From: Acidimicrobiales bacterium
GTDB taxonomy: Bacteria > Actinomycetota > Acidimicrobiia > Acidimicrobiales > CADCSY01
Assembly: GCA_038256565.1 (NCBI GenBank)
Contig: JBBSKG010000002.1
Span: 1 to 56,334 of the forward strand
Reading direction: 5' to 3'
DNA: 56,334 nt
Within the stretch, counting starts at the first letter, position 1; every line of letters starts with the position of its first letter. Positions 16,880 to 25,599 of this stretch are shown here, in pieces. Both the position numbers and the translations under genes were made by a program. The notes under the pieces were generated by a model. The model had not been told where the DNA came from. It did not search any database and saw nothing but the letters and a program-made list of their open reading frames with translations.

Positions 16880-18187
16880 ATGAGTGATGAAAAACTGCCA
16901 TGGCACCTTACACAGCCCGCTCCCCGTTTTGCGCTTACTCGACGCATGGGAGCTATTGGAACTGTTGCCGCCCGTCGTGTTGCCAGTGACATTTGGCTTT
17001 CGGGCACTCGGCGCACGATGTTGCACCGCACGGCTGAACAACTTGGCCCTTCCTGGGTGAAACTTGGACAACTTATTGCCGCCAGTCCAGGTACTTTTCC
17101 CCCACGTTTGGGCCTTATCTTGCAAGGTCTTCATGATGGCGTGAAGCCCCAACCGATCGATGTCGTACTAAAGACTGTGGCAGAAGATCTTGGAGACCAA
17201 ATCAGTCGTCTGGAGATTGATCCGGAGCCCATCGCTGCTGGTTCAGTTGCCCAGGTTTACCGAGCCACGCTCGATGGTTCGAAAACCGTTGCGGTCAAAG
17301 TGCAGCGCTCAGGCATTCTCGATGGTCTTGCTGCCGATCTACGCCTATTGCGCAACGTTGCAGGAATGGCCGTAAAGGTACGTCCTCGTCTTGAGTCTTT
17401 GCGCCTTGTTGCAGCGATTGATGATCTTGGAATGGGCCTTGAACGAGAACTTGATTTCCGTAAAGAAGCAGAGGCAATGGGCGCTTTGGCTCCGGTTCTC
17501 GCTACTTGGGACATCAAGGTTCCGGTGCCGTTTCTTGATCTGTGCACGAGCCGAGTAGTGGTCATGGAGTTTGTCGAGGCAGTCGCAGTTCGTGATCATG
17601 ACGAGCTGGTCGCTCTAGGTGCCCAACCTGAGAAGGTTCTTCACGCCGTGCTCGGTGGATTGTTGGAGTCAGCTTTTGTGCATGGGTGTTTTCATGCCGA
17701 TGGCCACGGGGGCAACGTGTTGGTAGGGCCGAGCGGCCAGGTTGTGATGGTTGATTTCGGCATTGTTGGTTTTGTCGAAACCGTTGACCAGCAAGGCTGC
17801 GCAGAGATTTTGCTTGCCGTGTTCACCAATGATTTCACTCGTTTCGGCACTGGCCTTCTTATGCTGCAAGCACATGGCCTGGTTGGCCCCGGAGCTGGTG
17901 AGGCAATGGCCAAAGTTGCCGCCATCCATTTGGCGAGTGGTGATTTCTCACAGATTCGTATGGGTACGCTGCTGAAAGATGCACTTGAAACGGCATCACA
18001 ACACGGCTTCCCTTTGCCTTCGCAGCTCGTGCTGCTCTTTAAGCAGATTCTCTACTTCGATGGCCTTGCTCGAGTGCTCGCCCCCAATTTCGACCTATTC
18101 GAAGACGCAAAAGCATTCGTCCCCATGCTGGAAGCAGTAAGCGCAGGCGACATAGAAACTGCCGCCCGCCTAGCCCACCCCGCTTGA
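16880..18187 (+). CDS. ABC1/UbiB-family atypical kinase
   Basis: SWVKLGQLIA, IAAGSVAQVYRATLDGSKTVAVKVQRSGI and FHADGHGGNVLV are ABC1/AarF family motifs. ATG 16880 is preferred; GTG 16829 is possible. Confidence 0.85.
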   Translation: MSDEKLPWHLTQPAPRFALTRRMGAIGTVAARRVASDIWLSGTRRTMLHRTAEQLGPSWVKLGQLIAASPGTFPPRLGLILQGLHDGVKPQPIDVVLKTVAEDLGDQISRLEIDPEPIAAGSVAQVYRATLDGSKTVAVKVQRSGILDGLAADLRLLRNVAGMAVKVRPRLESLRLVAAIDDLGMGLERELDFRKEAEAMGALAPVLATWDIKVPVPFLDLCTSRVVVMEFVEAVAVRDHDELVALGAQPEKVLHAVLGGLLESAFVHGCFHADGHGGNVLVGPSGQVVMVDFGIVGFVETVDQQGCAEILLAVFTNDFTRFGTGLLMLQAHGLVGPGAGEAMAKVAAIHLASGDFSQIRMGTLLKDALETASQHGFPLPSQLVLLFKQILYFDGLARVLAPNFDLFEDAKAFVPMLEAVSAGDIETAARLAHPA

Positions 18188-18215
18188 GCGCCGGGTCTTC
18201 AGGCCACTCGAGCCT

Positions 18216-18767
18216 TCAGCTGGCCGGGTCGTCGCTGTTGTCCTTGGCTGTCTCGAGCAGTTCCTGAAGGAAGAAACCGACCTTCGCCTCGATCGGTCGA
18301 CCGGGGTAGTACCGCTCGATAAGTGCGAGCCCTTCGTCCGTTGTGGCGAATCCGCAGAGGTTATACAGCGTGAGTATGTCGTCCTCGTCACGACTGACTC
18401 GGCTCGCCAACAGCTTGGTGGCCAACAGATATTCCGGCGAGGCAGCAGAGACCGTGAGGCACGTGTTGTCGTAGACGACCTTCGACCCAGCTTGGTCATA
18501 GCCGGGCAGGAATCCCTTTACGCCGTCGTTGAGCCAATCGAGCGCCAGGTCATCGTGACGTTGAGCGACCCGTGCAGCGGCGGTGCGAACCTCGGTGGAA
18601 GGATGCCAAATGCCGTCGACGTCGCGGGTGGCAGGGCGGGCGTCATAGGCAAGTGTCATTGCCGCACCACCCACGATGAAAATGTCACCGCGGATGCCCA
18701 TGTCGCAAAGCTCATCGTTGAGCTCTGCAAAGAGCTCGAGGATTCGTTCACGGGTGAGCATGGCCAC
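18216..18767 (-). CDS. Nucleotidyltransferase-fold protein (DUF6036/AbiEii-like minimal NTase), putative toxin-like component
   Basis: 183 aa. IFIVGGAAMTLAYDARPATRDVDGIW fits the GG-x-A...R-x-T-x-D-x-D pattern of this NTase fold. It lies 2 nt downstream of the HTH gene. Confidence 0.6.
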   Translation of the reverse strand: MAMLTRERILELFAELNDELCDMGIRGDIFIVGGAAMTLAYDARPATRDVDGIWHPSTEVRTAAARVAQRHDDLALDWLNDGVKGFLPGYDQAGSKVVYDNTCLTVSAASPEYLLATKLLASRVSRDEDDILTLYNLCGFATTDEGLALIERYYPGRPIEAKVGFFLQELLETAKDNSDDPAS

Positions 18768-18769
18768 TT

Positions 18770-19351
18770 CTACACATTGGTCAGTGAGTCACGATGGATG
18801 TAAACCCCGCGATGCTGGAAGGAAGCGGGGCTTCCGGCATATTCCCACGCATGCACAGCCTTCATCGGCGTTACCCACCAGCCAAAATGTAGGTAACGAG
18901 CAGCATCGTATGCCCAGCGGGGGACGTGGTCGTCTGCCTGTACTGCCAACCACTCGGCCAGTGCAGCGACAAACGCATCCCAGCGGACGTCACCGGTCGT
19001 CGGGGGTTCAGCGGCGATCATCCGGCGACGAGTGTGGTCGTCGCCGTGATGAAATCGGTGGGCCAGCTCGGCGGCCTTGCGAACCGGGGAACTCGTGTCA
19101 CCTCGGTCGATGTCCTCGCGGATGGAGCGAGCCAGCCCCAGAATACTGGCGGCATAGTCGACCTGGGTCTCGATGTGCAGCCGCATGCCGGAAGCCTCGA
19201 CGATGCGCGCGAGCATGGCGACGGTCGGGTTCAGCTCACCTTGCTCGATACGGTGGATCGTGCTTGTAGCGACGCCGGATGCCTGAGCCAAAGCGCGAAC
19301 AGACAGATGTGTATCCGCTCGTGCTTGGCGGACCAGCTCAGAGACTTTCAC
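18770..19351 (-). CDS. XRE-family helix-turn-helix protein with a ~120-aa C-terminal domain of unknown function, putative antitoxin or regulator
   Basis: 193 aa. The N-terminus LSVRALAQASGVATSTIHRIEQGELNPTVAMLARIVEA is a typical HTH_3-type segment. Confidence 0.7.
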   Translation of the reverse strand: MKVSELVRQARADTHLSVRALAQASGVATSTIHRIEQGELNPTVAMLARIVEASGMRLHIETQVDYAASILGLARSIREDIDRGDTSSPVRKAAELAHRFHHGDDHTRRRMIAAEPPTTGDVRWDAFVAALAEWLAVQADDHVPRWAYDAARYLHFGWWVTPMKAVHAWEYAGSPASFQHRGVYIHRDSLTNV

Positions 19352-19359
19352 AATACGTA

Positions 19360-19396
19360 AGCATATATGCTCAGGGCTGACATCCCAGGCCTGAGC
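19360..19396. promoter_or_regulatory. Perfect 12-bp palindrome AGCATATATGCT (19360..19371) overlapping a 7-bp-stem hairpin GCTCAGG-N14-CCTGAGC (19369..19396)
   Basis: The palindrome lies 9 nt upstream of HTH start 19351. The hairpin lies just downstream of the sufU stop on the - strand. It could be an operator, a terminator for the sufCSU unit, or both. Confidence 0.35.
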
Positions 19397-19414
19397 AAGA
19401 CCCGGACAACGCTT

Positions 19415-19921
19415 TCAGGACCCGGCGGCTTCATCGAGGGCTTGGGTGAGGGTGTTCCATGACAAGGTGGCGCACTTGATGCGAACGGGGAACTTGACCA
19501 CGCCTTGGAGGGCTTCGAGGTCACCGAGTTTTACGGCTGGGTCGGGTACGGGAGTGTCGGTGCCGCTGCCGTCTGGACCAGACTCTTCGCCCTCCGTGCT
19601 TTCGAGCTTCGACTCGTGAATCGACATGAGTGCTTTGAACGCGCGAGTTAATGCTCGGGCGTCTTCCACGGTCTTTCCCTTGATGGCAGCCGACATCATC
19701 GAACCTGATGACTGGCTGATTGAACAGCCCTGTCCACCAATCTTGAGATCACTGATGAGTCTGTTCTCATCCACGTTTACGTACAGCACAATTTCGTCAC
19801 CACAGAGCGGGTTGAATCCTTCAACTCGATGAGCAGGAGGTGCAGGCAACTCGCCACGGTTCCGAGGGTTTCGATAATGGTCAAGGATGATTTCTCTATA
19901 GAGATCTTCGAGGCCAGGCAT
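19415..19921 (-). CDS. sufU: SUF system Fe-S scaffold / sulfur acceptor SufU (NifU/IscU-like)
   Basis: NPLCGDE, GQGCSISQSS and KCATLSWN cysteine motifs. It lies directly downstream of sufS. It contains an acidic low-complexity insert (ESTEGEESGPDGSGTDTPVPDP). Confidence 0.85.
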   Translation of the reverse strand: MPGLEDLYREIILDHYRNPRNRGELPAPPAHRVEGFNPLCGDEIVLYVNVDENRLISDLKIGGQGCSISQSSGSMMSAAIKGKTVEDARALTRAFKALMSIHESKLESTEGEESGPDGSGTDTPVPDPAVKLGDLEALQGVVKFPVRIKCATLSWNTLTQALDEAAGS

Positions 19922-19939
19922 CAGTAATGGTCTCCTGAA

Positions 19940-21190
19940 TCAGCCGAACAGGTCGGCAACTGCAACGAGTGCATCGGCAAGTACATCAACATCATCTTCA
20001 TTGTTGTACACGTAAAACGATGCTCGCGCTGTAGCGCTGACATTTAAACGCCGCATAAGCGGCTTTGCGCAATGGTGTCCAGCACGCACACAGACACCTG
20101 ATTGGTCGAGCACCTGGGAAATATCGTGTGGGTGAATGCCCTTAAACGCAAAGGACATGACGCCGCCACGAAGTGTTGGGTCGAGCGGACCGTGCACGGT
20201 GAAGTCGTCACCAAATCGATCGGTAAGTGACCTTATGGCATATCCAGTTACTTGAATCTCATGGGCACGAATGGCGTCAAGGTCATAGCGTTCAAGCTCG
20301 TCGATAGCAGCGCCTAGTCCAATAGCTTCGGCAATCGGTGGCGTGCCCGCTTCGAACTTCCAAGGCAATTCATTAGGCGTAAACCCATCGAGTCGTACGT
20401 CTCTAATCATGTCGCCACCACCTAGGAATGGGGGCATAGCGTCGAGTAATTCGGTTCGCCCCCACAACACGCCGATGCCAGTTGGTCCAAGCATCTTGTG
20501 GCCGGTGAAGCCGAGGAAGTCAGCGCCAAGTTCAACCACGTTTGTGCGCAGGTGTGGCGTGTATTGCGCGGCGTCGACGACAACGACGGCACCCGCTGCA
20601 TGAGCGGCGTCGGCGATGTGACGAACAGGGTTAAGCGTTCCAAGTACGTTCGACATGGCAGTGAGTCCAACAAGTTTGACGCCATGGAGCTTGGCGTCGA
20701 GGTCAGACAGGTCGAGAAGCCCCTCTTTGGTGATGCCCAAGTAGCGCAACTCAAAGCCGACTTGTTCAGCCAACATGAGCCACGGGACGATGTTGGCGTG
20801 ATGTTCCATTTCGGTGAGCAGAACCGCATCACCTGGGCCGAGGTTGGCTCGCCCCCAACTCTGGGCCACGAGATTGAGGGTCTCGGTGACGTTCTTGGCA
20901 AAGATGACCTCGCTTGACGACGAGGCACCGATGAAGCGGGCTATCTTGGCGCGCGAGCCCTCGTAGAGCTCGGTTGCATGTTCGGCAATGGCATAGACGC
21001 CCCTGTGCACGTTTGCGTGGGTGGTCTCGTAGTAGTTGTTCATTGCATCGAGCACTGCTCGGGGTTTTTGTGAAGATGCAGCAGAGTCGAGAAACACAAA
21101 TGGTCTGCCCGCAAACGTGTCATAGATCGGGAAGTCTTTACGGACCCGCTCAACGTCAAGAGTGTGTGTAGTGGGAGTCATGGTCGCCAT
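19940..21190 (-). CDS. sufS: Cysteine desulfurase SufS (class V aminotransferase, group II)
   Basis: 416 aa. FTGHKMLGPTGIGVLWG (PLP lysine) and VRAGHHCAKPL (active-site Cys loop). It overlaps sufC by 13 nt. Confidence 0.95.
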   Translation of the reverse strand: MATMTPTTHTLDVERVRKDFPIYDTFAGRPFVFLDSAASSQKPRAVLDAMNNYYETTHANVHRGVYAIAEHATELYEGSRAKIARFIGASSSSEVIFAKNVTETLNLVAQSWGRANLGPGDAVLLTEMEHHANIVPWLMLAEQVGFELRYLGITKEGLLDLSDLDAKLHGVKLVGLTAMSNVLGTLNPVRHIADAAHAAGAVVVVDAAQYTPHLRTNVVELGADFLGFTGHKMLGPTGIGVLWGRTELLDAMPPFLGGGDMIRDVRLDGFTPNELPWKFEAGTPPIAEAIGLGAAIDELERYDLDAIRAHEIQVTGYAIRSLTDRFGDDFTVHGPLDPTLRGGVMSFAFKGIHPHDISQVLDQSGVCVRAGHHCAKPLMRRLNVSATARASFYVYNNEDDVDVLADALVAVADLFG

Positions 21191-21936
21191 GCTTCGTAGC
21201 CGTCCGTTTCGAGGCGGCTGCCGAGCTCGGGGCCGCCGCTTTCGACGATGCGTCCGTCCATGAAGATGTGGATGTGATCGGGGTGCAACTCGTCGAGCAG
21301 GCGCTGGTAGTGCGTGATCAGCACCACCCCAAGCTCGGGCCGTGCCTCCCTAACTTCGTTCACGCCCTTGGCAACCACCCGCAGTGCGTCGATATCGAGA
21401 CCCGAGTCGGTCTCGTCGAGAATGGCCAGGTCGGGCTCCAGCACCGCCATCTGCAAGATCTCATTGCGCTTCTTCTCGCCGCCAGAGAAGCCCTCGTTCA
21501 GGTAGCGGTCGGCAAAGGAAGGGTCCATACCCAAGCGGCCCATCCATTCCATGATGGCGAGGCGAGTTTCGAGAGCAGATAGGTCGTCGATGCCCTTGCG
21601 AGCGGCCAGGGCCTGTTGCAGGAATTGGCGCACGGGTACACCAGCTACTTCTTGGGGGTACTGGAAGGCGAGGAAGATGCCTGACTTGGCCCGCACATCG
21701 GTGGCCCAATCAGTAATGTCCTCACCTTTGTAGCGAATCGAACCGCTGGTCACGAGATATTCAGGGTTAGCCAACAACGCATTAGCGAGCGTCGACTTTC
21801 CTGATCCGTTTGGCCCCATGAGGGCATGGACCTCACCGGGCATAACCGTGAGATTTACCCCTCGCAAAATTTCAATCGTGGGGTCTTCGGCCACGGCGAC
21901 ACGAAGGTCGTTGATCTGAAAAAGTGGCTCAGCCAT
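21178..21936 (-). CDS. sufC: Fe-S cluster assembly ATPase SufC (copy 2)
   Basis: 252 aa. GPNGSGKSTL, FSGGEKKRNEILQ and ITHYQRLLD. Confidence 0.95.
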   Translation of the reverse strand: MAEPLFQINDLRVAVAEDPTIEILRGVNLTVMPGEVHALMGPNGSGKSTLANALLANPEYLVTSGSIRYKGEDITDWATDVRAKSGIFLAFQYPQEVAGVPVRQFLQQALAARKGIDDLSALETRLAIMEWMGRLGMDPSFADRYLNEGFSGGEKKRNEILQMAVLEPDLAILDETDSGLDIDALRVVAKGVNEVREARPELGVVLITHYQRLLDELHPDHIHIFMDGRIVESGGPELGSRLETDGYEAWRP

Positions 21937-21959
21937 ATCTACATTCTATTACATGAGGT

Positions 21960-21992
21960 CTGGTATTAGCACTACCCAGATAGGAGAAATTA
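21960..21992. promoter_or_regulatory. Second copy of the suf-associated motif (CTGGTA..TT..ACTA....ATAGGAGAAATTA)
   Basis: 21980..21992 is identical to 3794..3806, and the flank resembles 3773..3793 with one indel. It lies 24 nt upstream of the sufC copy 2 start, on the same DNA strand as the sufB copy, so it is inverted relative to its gene. Confidence 0.3.
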
Positions 21993-22061
21993 TTGCGGAT
22001 TGTCAGTCAACCTATGTTCTTCGACGAACACGGCGGATGGCACTGAGAGACAAGGAGCGGC

Positions 22062-22667
22062 TTAGCTGCGTGCGAATTTAACCAATGGTGTGTAGTCGTC
22101 GTTGTCCGCAGCCCGAAGAGCATCTAGGTATCGGCGACGAGAGTATCCATCCTCATCGAGTTGGCCACCGGAACCCCAGGTGAACGCCTGCTCTCCGATG
22201 GAGGTGAGGTAGAGGTCGGCGACCAACCGCGTGCATCGTCCGTTCCCGTTCGGGAACGGGTGGACAGCGACCAGACACCGGTGGATTCGTGCCGCTCGCT
22301 CGTCAACCTCGAACTTGTTGTTTTCATGCCACCAAGTAGCGTCATCGATCGTTTGTTTCGTCTGTGTCGTAATCTGGGAAGGGTCGATGTCGATGTTGGT
22401 GCCTCGGCGTCGCTGCGTTCCCGCCCATAGCCAGACGTCCTCGAACATGCGCTTGTGGAGCGCGAACACGAAGGCGTAGCTGAGGATGAGACCGGGTCCT
22501 CCTCGGCGAGCCTGGTCGAGTGCCCAGGGCATTGCCTTCGCAATGTTTTCGAACTCGACCACGTTCAAGTCGCCTCGGGTTGTCACAAAGGCGGGGATCA
22601 GATCGACGAAGTCCTCTTCTTCGAGTGGTGTCGCAGCGTTTGGCTCCGGGCTCACTCGGACCTCCAC
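22062..22667 (-). CDS. Fic-domain protein, mobile mystery protein B type
   Basis: 201 aa. Fic motif HPFPNGNGRCTRL. It is paired with the upstream HTH protein in the arrangement described for the mobile mystery protein A/B pair (TIGR02612/TIGR02613, from memory). Confidence 0.85.
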   Translation of the reverse strand: MEVRVSPEPNAATPLEEEDFVDLIPAFVTTRGDLNVVEFENIAKAMPWALDQARRGGPGLILSYAFVFALHKRMFEDVWLWAGTQRRRGTNIDIDPSQITTQTKQTIDDATWWHENNKFEVDERAARIHRCLVAVHPFPNGNGRCTRLVADLYLTSIGEQAFTWGSGGQLDEDGYSRRRYLDALRAADNDDYTPLVKFARS

Positions 22668-23116
22668 AGACGATGGCTGTCGATGACCTTTCGGGCGTGC
22701 ATATCCAGTTGATCTGCGTGGCGGTTTAATTCCACCGCTTGGTCCTCGAGGTGCATGGTCGTGGTGACGTAGCCAAGTGTTTGTGCCGCCACCCGCCGGG
22801 CCTGCTTCTGCACGGTGTCTTCAAGGCTGGTGTTCGGAACGAGTGCGTACATCAGCGTGCAGTCCAGGGCGCGGGCCACTTCGGCCAGCTTGCCTAAGCT
22901 GATAGCGTCGTTGACCTCTGAGCGTTCGAGCTTCGCCACGCTTGGGCTGGAGATGTCCAAGCGGGTCGCGAGCGCTACCTGGCTCATGCCCAAACCGGTG
23001 CGGACAGCCCGGATCCAGCCGGCACGCGGGCGGGTCTGCACTGGGTCGATGCTCGCCGCTGCGAATTTCCTGTCGAGTTCTCGCCTTGCCTGGGCTGCCC
23101 GTTCACTTTTTCGCAT
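22652..23116 (-). CDS. HTH (XRE-like) protein, mobile mystery protein A type
   Basis: 154 aa. GWIRAVRTGLGMSQVALATRLDISSPSVAKLERSE is an HTH segment. It overlaps the Fic gene by 16 nt. Confidence 0.75.
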   Translation of the reverse strand: MRKSERAAQARRELDRKFAAASIDPVQTRPRAGWIRAVRTGLGMSQVALATRLDISSPSVAKLERSEVNDAISLGKLAEVARALDCTLMYALVPNTSLEDTVQKQARRVAAQTLGYVTTTMHLEDQAVELNRHADQLDMHARKVIDSHRLWRSE

Positions 23117-23283
23117 CCCATTAGGGTAACAAAACCTAAGATCTTTTAACCTCTGAGAGCAACTTTTTTATTAGAACTAAAGCGTCATAGGCTAACATTT
23201 ATTCTCATGAGGTCGAGGCGGTCGTCTGGTGATCCCGTCATCGGGTGTCACCATCGATGATGAGGACGTTCAAACGTTGCGTG

Positions 23284-23717
23284 ATGCCGACCAGAGGTAG
23301 AGCACCCGACGCCCTTGTCGACACGAGCGTGGCAGTGGCGCTCGTTGTTGGCGATCACCAACAGCACGAGGCGACGGTTCAGGCACTCGGCGACCGGGTT
23401 CTCGGCCTTGCCGGGCATGCCGCCTTTGAGACGTTCTCTGTTTTGACGCGTTTGCCTCCCCCTGCTCGTCGGTCACCGGCAACGGTTGTGGAGTTGATCA
23501 CGGCTAACTTCTCGGAGAGCCGGTTTCTTTCCCCTGGACGAGCGAGTGCCCTGTTGGCGCAACTCGTTGCGAGCGGGGTGGCGGGGGCTCGGTGTATGAC
23601 GCTCTTGTCGGCTCGGCGGCGGCCGAGCATGGAATCGTTCTGGTGACCCGTGATCGACGAGCGCTCGACACCTATCGAGCCCTCGAGGTGGAGGTCGAGT
23701 TCCTGCTTGATCGGTAG
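23284..23717 (+). pseudogene. PIN-domain (VapC-like) toxin gene disrupted by a frameshift
   Basis: The N-terminal part ALVDTSVAVALVVGDHQQHE...FSVLTRLP is in the frame of ORF 23245..23646. The conserved C-terminal part [43 protein letters not shown] is in another frame ending at TAG 23715..23717. The frames meet at the G5 run 23583..23587. Confidence 0.65.
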
Positions 23718-23795
23718 ATCATTGGCGAGCGAGTCAGATGTCAACCTCCCGAATCCGCTGCTCCGGTCCTGGCGATGCCCGTAGACTCAGCGGCC

Positions 23796-25589
23796 ATGAC
23801 GACGACTGAGGTTGAGGCTCTTGATGTGCGGTGGGATCTCACACACCTGCTGAACGGCAAGGGTGATGAGGCCATCGACGCGATGTTGGACGAAGCGGCT
23901 CGGTTGGCGTCCGAGCTCGCATCCAAGCGAGGGCAACTGGCCACCTTCGACGCTGGCGACCTGGCGGCGTTCATGACCGGGCTGGCGGAGGTCTCCGAGC
24001 TGATCGGCCGGGTGGGCTCGTATGCCGGGTTGGCGTTCTCGACCAACATGGCCGACCCGGCTCGGGGGGCTCTCGTGCAACGTGTGCAGGAGCGGGCAAC
24101 GGCGATCAGTACCGAGTTGTTGTTCTTCGATCTCGAATGGGCGGCGCTCGACGACGATCGGGTTGCCGCTCTGCTCGCCGATGAACGGATGGCCTTCGCC
24201 CGCCACCACCTCGAGTCGGCTCGGCGCTATCGCCCCCACCTGTTGACCGAGCCGGAAGAGAAGATCCTGACCGAGAAGTCGGTGACCGGCTCCTCGGCTT
24301 GGGTGCGGCTCTTCGGCGAGTTGACCTCCGCCCTCGAGGTCAGAATTGACGGAGCAACCGTCACCCTCGAAGAGGCGCTTTCCCGCTTGGCGTCGCCTGA
24401 TCGAGCCGTTCGACAGGCCTCGGCCGAGGCCGTGACGGCATCGCTCGAACCCGGTCTGCGCACCCGGGCCTTCATCTTCAACACCTTGTTGCACGACAAG
24501 GCCGTGAACGACCGACTGCGGAGCTATCCGAGTTGGTTGTCGAGCCGCAACCTCTCGAATGAGGCGAGTGACGAGTCGGTCGAGGCGCTTGTCGATGCCG
24601 TACGGCGCCGCTACGACATTCCTCAACGCTGGTACCGGTTGAAGGCCAAGCTGCTCGGCCTCGAACGCCTCGCCGACTACGACCGTATGGCGAGTCTCGA
24701 GACCGAGGACACTCCGATTGCGTGGGACGAGGCCCGTACGCTCGTGCTCGACAGCTATGAGTCGTTCTCGCCGCAGATGGCGACGGTCGCCAGGCGCTTT
24801 TTCGACGAGCGATGGATCGATGCTCCAGCTGTTCCCGGTAAGCGGCCTGGCGCGTTCTGCTCTTACACCGTGCCGTCGGTTCATCCATACGTGTTGGTTA
24901 ACTACACCTCCCGCCGCCGAGATGTGCTCACTTTGGCGCATGAGCTCGGCCATGGACTGCATGCCTGGATGGCGCGCGAGCAGGGCATCTTCCATCAGTC
25001 CACACCGCTGACCTTGGCCGAGACGGCCTCGGTGTTCGGTGAGACGGTGGTGTTCGGCCGCCTGTTGGAAGCCACCGATTCGCCTCAGGCACGCCTCGCC
25101 CTGTTGGCAGAGAACATCGAAGGGGCCATTGCCACGGTGTTTCGCCAAACGGCGATGAACCGTTTCGAGAACCTGGTGCATGAGGCTCGTCGAGGCGAGG
25201 GTGAGTTGTCGGTCGAGCGATTCGGCGACCTTTGGGAGCAAAGTCAACTTGAGATGGTGGGTGACAGCGTCGATATCACCGAGGGCTACAGGTCATGGTG
25301 GTCGTACATCCCGCACTTCATCGGCACGCCGGGATACGTCTACGCGTATTCCTATGGGCAACTCCTGGCTTTGTCGGTGTATCACCGCTACGAGGAACAG
25401 GGGTCGGACTTCGTGCCCCGCTATTTGAACCTGTTGTCGTCGGGAGGGTCCATGGCGCCCGAGACCCTGGGCAACATCGTGGGCTGCGACCTGGCCGACC
25501 CGGGCTTTTGGGACGGAGGCCTCGACATCGTGGAAGCCAACCTCGACGCAGCCGAGACGGCAGCATTCGACGCTGGCTATCGCGAGTAG
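23796..25589 (+). CDS. M3-family oligoendopeptidase (PepF-like)
   Basis: About 597 aa. Zinc motif HELGHGLH and overall PepF-like layout. I prefer ATG 23796 over track start 23775. Confidence 0.9.
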   Translation: MTTTEVEALDVRWDLTHLLNGKGDEAIDAMLDEAARLASELASKRGQLATFDAGDLAAFMTGLAEVSELIGRVGSYAGLAFSTNMADPARGALVQRVQERATAISTELLFFDLEWAALDDDRVAALLADERMAFARHHLESARRYRPHLLTEPEEKILTEKSVTGSSAWVRLFGELTSALEVRIDGATVTLEEALSRLASPDRAVRQASAEAVTASLEPGLRTRAFIFNTLLHDKAVNDRLRSYPSWLSSRNLSNEASDESVEALVDAVRRRYDIPQRWYRLKAKLLGLERLADYDRMASLETEDTPIAWDEARTLVLDSYESFSPQMATVARRFFDERWIDAPAVPGKRPGAFCSYTVPSVHPYVLVNYTSRRRDVLTLAHELGHGLHAWMAREQGIFHQSTPLTLAETASVFGETVVFGRLLEATDSPQARLALLAENIEGAIATVFRQTAMNRFENLVHEARRGEGELSVERFGDLWEQSQLEMVGDSVDITEGYRSWWSYIPHFIGTPGYVYAYSYGQLLALSVYHRYEEQGSDFVPRYLNLLSSGGSMAPETLGNIVGCDLADPGFWDGGLDIVEANLDAAETAAFDAGYRE

Positions 25590-25599
25590 GGCGTAGACG

